A DNA stretch of 52,157 nt, filler included, from Bipalium vagum (taxonomy: Eukaryota): the NCBI GenBank assembly GCA_037834085.1. It is 3 parts of 3 records of this genome, joined end to end, with 100 filler letters (N's around TTAATTAATTAA, not from the genome) between each part and the next. Parts side by side here need not be neighbours in the genome. Positions count along the whole stretch, not along the records: positions 35,881 to 52,157 come from JBBMKC010118762.1; 2 more parts are not named here. The stretch is one strand, 5' to 3'. Below the pieces are notes generated by a model. The model searched no databases and was not told where the DNA came from. It saw only the letters and a program-made list of their open reading frames with translations. Shown here piece by piece: positions 47,507-52,157 of the stretch. The first letter of the stretch is position 1. Each line of letters starts with the position of its first letter. A program made the position numbers and the translations under genes.

Positions 47507-48382
47507 TTAAATTCGAATATTCTTCTTCGAAATGCTCTTGCAAATGTTTTCAACAAACTTTCCGTTCTTAGAGTCCACAATTTTTTTCTTACGAATTCCG
47601 AAAAGACCCAAAAACCCGTCCAATCTATTCGTCATCGTTAATAAGAAATAGTTAATCACGAAATTCCACGAATCCTTTCCCGTCTTCTTTTTCAATTCAC
47701 CAAAATCAAATCTATCGTCATTGATAATAATTGTAACCTTTTTCTCATTGGTCTCACTGTTTACCATTTTCCATGTTTTCATACATGAGCCGAAATTATG
47801 ACAGGGGTCATTGGAAAGGTATTTAACAATATTATTAAATAGTTCTATATTGATTTCTGACAATGTAATTAATCGACACTTTTGATAGGTGCCCATTATC
47901 ACTACGATATTCTTTTTGTCCCCCAGACACAGTGCACTGGCCCGAGCCTCGTCGGCAATCTCAAAGCTTAACGAAAGGGGCAATTCAAAAACGAAGAGGA
48001 TATTATTGAATAATTTGTATCGTATATTGGAGACATCGGAATGAAACTGAAATTAAAACTTTATTACATAAAAAATCAGTAAAAGGCAAACCATCCCATT
48101 ATATCGATTATTGATAAAGACTGTCACATTAGGACAAGAGGTGTTGGATTGACAAACTTCTTGGTACTCATATAACAGACAAAGACCACCCGTGGTGTTG
48201 AATTGGAAAGCTTTGCAGTTAGCCAAAAAGCACTTGAAGGCGCACTCTAAAGCGGACGCTGCAGAGGATCTGTCAAGCCACTCGTAAACGCAGGACTGGA
48301 CGGCGTGGAAATACGTAGTTGCGTCGACGTTGGTCATTAAAAGTACAAAGAAAAATGATGTTGAGAAAATCGAAGGAATCAT
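47507..48382 (-). CDS. Secreted PAN/Apple-domain protein with a possible ILEI/FAM3-like C-terminal domain, 276 aa, 2 exons
   Basis: Exons 48382-48092 and 48046-47507, joined by a 45-nt GT-AG intron in phase 0. Signal peptide MIPSIFSTSFFFVLLMTNVDA and the PAN pattern SALECAFKCFLANCKAFQFNTTGGLCLLY. Confidence 0.72.
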
Positions 48383-48799
48383 CTTCGTAGCTTTTCTCTA
48401 AATAAAAATGTGTCTCTGCTTCTCGCTTATAAAGTGTTCACATCCATCGCGGTAGTTAATTTTGCAACGACAATAGAAAAAGAACTTATAAGAACTTCAT
48501 TTCTTCAGAAAGCTCCAGCCGGAACAATGAAATCTGGAAACATAAGTTCTTTTGTTTATAAGATATTTTCAAAGATTTGCAGTACTGCAAAAGGAGAGGA
48601 CAATGAAACCGAAGTGAGAAAGATGAAAAAAAAAAGGATTTATAAAAGAGTATTTCTATTCCTCCAATGAGAGAAGGGCAAAAACATTGAGGAATTTTCT
48701 TTTTCTCTGGTTGCCTTGTTACAAAATGTGATGGGGAGAAAATCGGAAAATAAAAAGAAATGTCTCTGTAATATATTTTTTAATTTTTTCCAGTTATCG

Positions 48800-48936
48800 N
48801 NNNNNNNNNNNNNNNNNNNNNNNNNNNNNNNNNNNNNNNNNNNNNNNNNNNNNNNNNNNNNNNNNNNNNNNNNNNNNNNNNNNNNNNNNNNNNNNNNNNN
48901 NNNNNNNNNNNNNNNNNNNNNNNNNNNNNNNNNNNN
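48800..48936. other. Assembly gap (137 N, no linker)
   Basis: Run of N. Confidence 0.95.
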
Positions 48937-49934
48937 ATTTATTTAGAGAAATCAAACAAAGCTAATTAATTAAAAAATAAAAATAATGAATAATAATTTT
49001 AATAAATTAAATAAAAAAGAATAAAAATTTAAAAAAAGAAAAAGAATCAATCTCCATCGGAAGGTCGTCACATAATAAGGGTGCTCACATAATATTTTAA
49101 TTTTTCCCAAGTTTCAGTATTCACGGTTTTCTGAAATCAGAGATGAATAGCGATACGGAATTAAAACAATCCCAAACAATGAAAATGGGAAAACCTGCTT
49201 CAACTGTTTAAAGTTTTATTTTCATCTTCGGATAACGAAGGGTGGGATACGGTTCATTCTTTACAGCTTACAAATTCGGCTTTGAAGTAACACTTCACAA
49301 GGGTAGTGAACATGTAATTTAACATAATAAGGGATGGTATCAATATTTTCAAATGAAAATAATAAGAAAAAGGCGAAACAAGATGAAATGATATTTGGAG
49401 AAAAGAAAAGAAAACAATGTAAGAGATTACAATTACGGAATATAGCTGAATAAATAAATGAAATGCTTTGAGATATAAAGAGACCCAATGACTGAATACT
49501 TGAAATACACTCGGGAATGTTTGAAAAAAAAATTCCTAGATGAAACCTGTGAAAAAATAAATAAAGATTAATAAATAATAATGTGAAGAAAAAATTAAAA
49601 TATGACGAAAAAGAAGAATGATAATCAAATTATTTATGTATTAAAGATCAAATCAAAACTCATCAAATTTACCCAAATTGTGACAATTTACAAGTTTGTG
49701 GAAAAATGATGATTTTGGTCTGGTTTATGTTATTAGACCTAATGGTATTTAATTTCCATGGTTGGACCATGGTCAGGCAAATTTAATCAATATTCGTTTT
49801 ATAAATTTCTATTATTTTATTTTTAGTAAAGGTTTTAAGTAACAGTCTACTCACTAATAATCAGTAGTTGCTCCTATAATAATTTTTTAATATATGTAGA
49901 AGCAAGAATTCGGTGACTCATGAGTACATATTAC

Positions 49935-50324
49935 ATCTTCGAGGGATGTATCTGAGTCATTCTCAGTTCGCTTTAGTACTTGTTCAATAAAAACTTCATT
50001 TCTTGTTTCCGTATCTTTGAAAATCGTTTACAGAGCCCTGCTGTTGAAAATGTTTATTCAATTGCCTAATCATATAAACTGTTGTCGCTTCTTTACATTG
50101 AAATTTCTGCAATATGTCCGTTGAGTTTCGATTATGGAGTTTCAATCTTGAGTCGAGTTCTCTTAAGTTAAGCCCTCAGTTAAGTTCAGATGGCAATTGG
50201 TTATCGTGATATCTTTTCACACTGTTCATTGTTTATATCTATCTTCGTTTTAGTATTGAACCACAAGTAAGTTTAACCCAATGTACGGAGAAAGTTCAAT
50301 CACTCGAGACTTTTCTCGACCCTC
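49935..50324 (-). mobile_element. 5' fragment of a DD41D-like element related to the copy at 14675
   Basis: Minus-strand actcaacggacatattgcagaaatttcaatgtaaagaaagcgacaacag...cagggctctgtaaacgattt aligns with roughly 14860-14970. TIR gagggtcgagaaaagt versus gagggtggcgcaaaagt. Confidence 0.65.
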
Positions 50325-50399
50325 AGTTAGATCTTGTGTATTGAAACAGTAAAAGCGATAACAAAGGTCTATCATCAATAAATATCAAACGAGTCCCGT

Positions 50400-50640
50400 T
50401 TATCCCGAATTTATTTAAACAAAATCTACAGGTACCTTTAATTAAAGAATTTTTCAATAATGCACTGTACCAATGCCAAGAGGATTCGGAAGTAATCTTC
50501 ATTGACAAAAACTTATAATAAACAATCGAAAAGGTTTTTGGTAACAATTTTGTTAACCAAGTGAATATTTCGCAACAGACTTTTCAAATGGGTTTGGAAA
50601 AGGGTTAGAAGAGTATTTAGAACCAATTTTCATTAATTAC
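50400..50640 (-). mobile_element. Possible LINE reverse-transcriptase relic
   Basis: Weak similarity to IS.L...SK.FEK and DLSKAFD...LL.KL motifs (PFEKSV, LPKTFSIV...LSMKI). Confidence 0.25.
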
Positions 50641-51481
50641 TTACCATGGTTATTATTACTATTAGTTACCAATATTGTCGATACCATTGCTAAAAATCAT
50701 TTCAAGGTGAACGTAAAATTTTATCATTTAATGTAAATATTAGAAATGTTTGGAGGTTACTCTAAAATTTGAGGAAACCAGGTATAACAAAAATGAATGC
50801 GCGTTTTGTTAAAGAGTTCCCAAGGAACAATTGTGAAAAAACGGTTTAACAAGAAACAATAAAATGATATTCACTACGCCGATACCAGGTACACCCTGAC
50901 TTTATATATCGGGTACTTTATCATTTCTCCACAATGCAACCATCGTAGTCAGTTCGGAGTCCATCGCGTGTCATATTTTATAATGAAAAAGGCCAACAAT
51001 ACTGAGTACAGTAATAAATCGTTAAGTGCAACGTTTCAAAATCAAAATGTACGTTCAGTTTCAATCTTAATATAATCTCATGATTTCTTTAAATGGAAAA
51101 TAAAGGACAAGGAAACCTGGCACATGGGATAAGTTGGAAATTATTAATTTATATATATAATTATATTATTTATATTTACAAAATTGGTATTAAAACGTCG
51201 ATACTTAAAACCCGTATTGTTTGTAATTGCCCTTTCACATCAACCATAAAGACTTTCAAATAACTTATCTCATAACAGCTGCTTTCATTCTTTGGATCAT
51301 CATTTTTTATTGATTATTTATGACCTTTTCATTTTTATTTATTCATTTTTTATTGATTAGTTTTAATTTATCAAAAAATTAATTAACATTCACAATAAAA
51401 ATATAACAACTACTTGGTGTGGATTAAAAATACATTAAACCCATACATAAATAAAAACGTTATTGAAACGAAACTTTGTAT

Positions 51482-51860
51482 TTGGGACAAGTAAACTATA
51501 TAGGTAAATAAACTTAATCATTTTTCTATATAAACACCTGCTTTCAGGCATGTCGACCATCGATTTATCACAGAAAATTCATTTTCGAAGTGACCAGTAG
51601 GGTTTCATTAAAAAAATCTTGAACTATTCGTAAGAGATCATCTTTAGACTCAATTCTCTGACCCCGCAGATTTTTCTTTGAGTAACGAAACAAGAAACAA
51701 TCACTGGAGGCCAAATCAGGGGTATAAGGTGGATGTGAAATCAACACAAAGTCTTTTTTTCGTAAGATCCGCAGTTCGATTAACTGTATGAACTGGAGCA
51801 TTATCCATGAAGAGAAATGGTGCATAGTAGTAATAAGAGTCATTGTTTCCTTAGACAAAA
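51482..51860 (-). mobile_element. Mariner transposase 3' remnant
   Basis: HPPYTPDLASSDCFLFRYSKKNLRGQRIESKDDL, matching HPPYSPDLAPSDFFLF..LK..LRG..F.S. Confidence 0.75.
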
Positions 51861-52157
51861 TTACAAATTCTTTGTTTTTCTAAAAAATATTAATTAAGAA
51901 TTATTATTTAATTACTCTATTAATTGCTTTAATTTTAATCTTGTGAACACAATCAATTTATTTTTCGATTAAATGCAGCTTATCAATTTACAAGAGAATT
52001 TCTCATGAAGCATGTTTTGAACTTGTTGCTCAGTTTTTCTTCAGCCTTTAATATATTGAACATTTTAACCCATTAATGATTGTGTTCAATATTTAGGGTA
52101 TCAAATTTAACCTGACTCCAAAATCTTAGGTGGTGCAAATCAAAACAATCAGTAAAG

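Noticed and set aside
486-48382. Alternative genetic code or stop-codon readthrough
   Set aside because: All conserved genes translate cleanly with the standard code and end in TGA, TAA or TAG. Apart from introns, in-frame stops occur only in decayed elements.

Overview
A very AT-rich eukaryotic window, most likely from an invertebrate animal; the short-intron style resembles flatworms, but the taxon cannot be fixed from sequence alone. Most introns are 41-60 nt. I reconstructed the spliced gene models by hand, checking reading phase across every GT-AG junction. Recognisable genes are BLOC1S5/Muted (missed by the ORF track), lunapark (LNPK), AGGF1 (OCRE-FHA-G-patch) and casein kinase 1 alpha with an unusually long C-terminal tail. 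There are also an intronless, highly divergent Pim/CAMK-like kinase, a secreted PAN/Apple-domain protein and two orphan ORFs (about 750-840 aa and 227 aa). Intergenic DNA is full of decayed DNA transposons: mariner DD34D, maT/DD37D, DD41D, DD37E, Tc1, pogo/Tigger, IS630-like and Merlin, some nested. A frameshifted protein-primed DNA polymerase B remnant of Polinton/Maverick/adintovirus type lies between the intronless kinase and the PAN gene. Two gaps carry an artificial TTAATTAATTAA linker, so synteny across them is unreliable. No tRNA, rRNA or CRISPR array is supported. Family assignments rest on motif recognition by eye, not on database searches.
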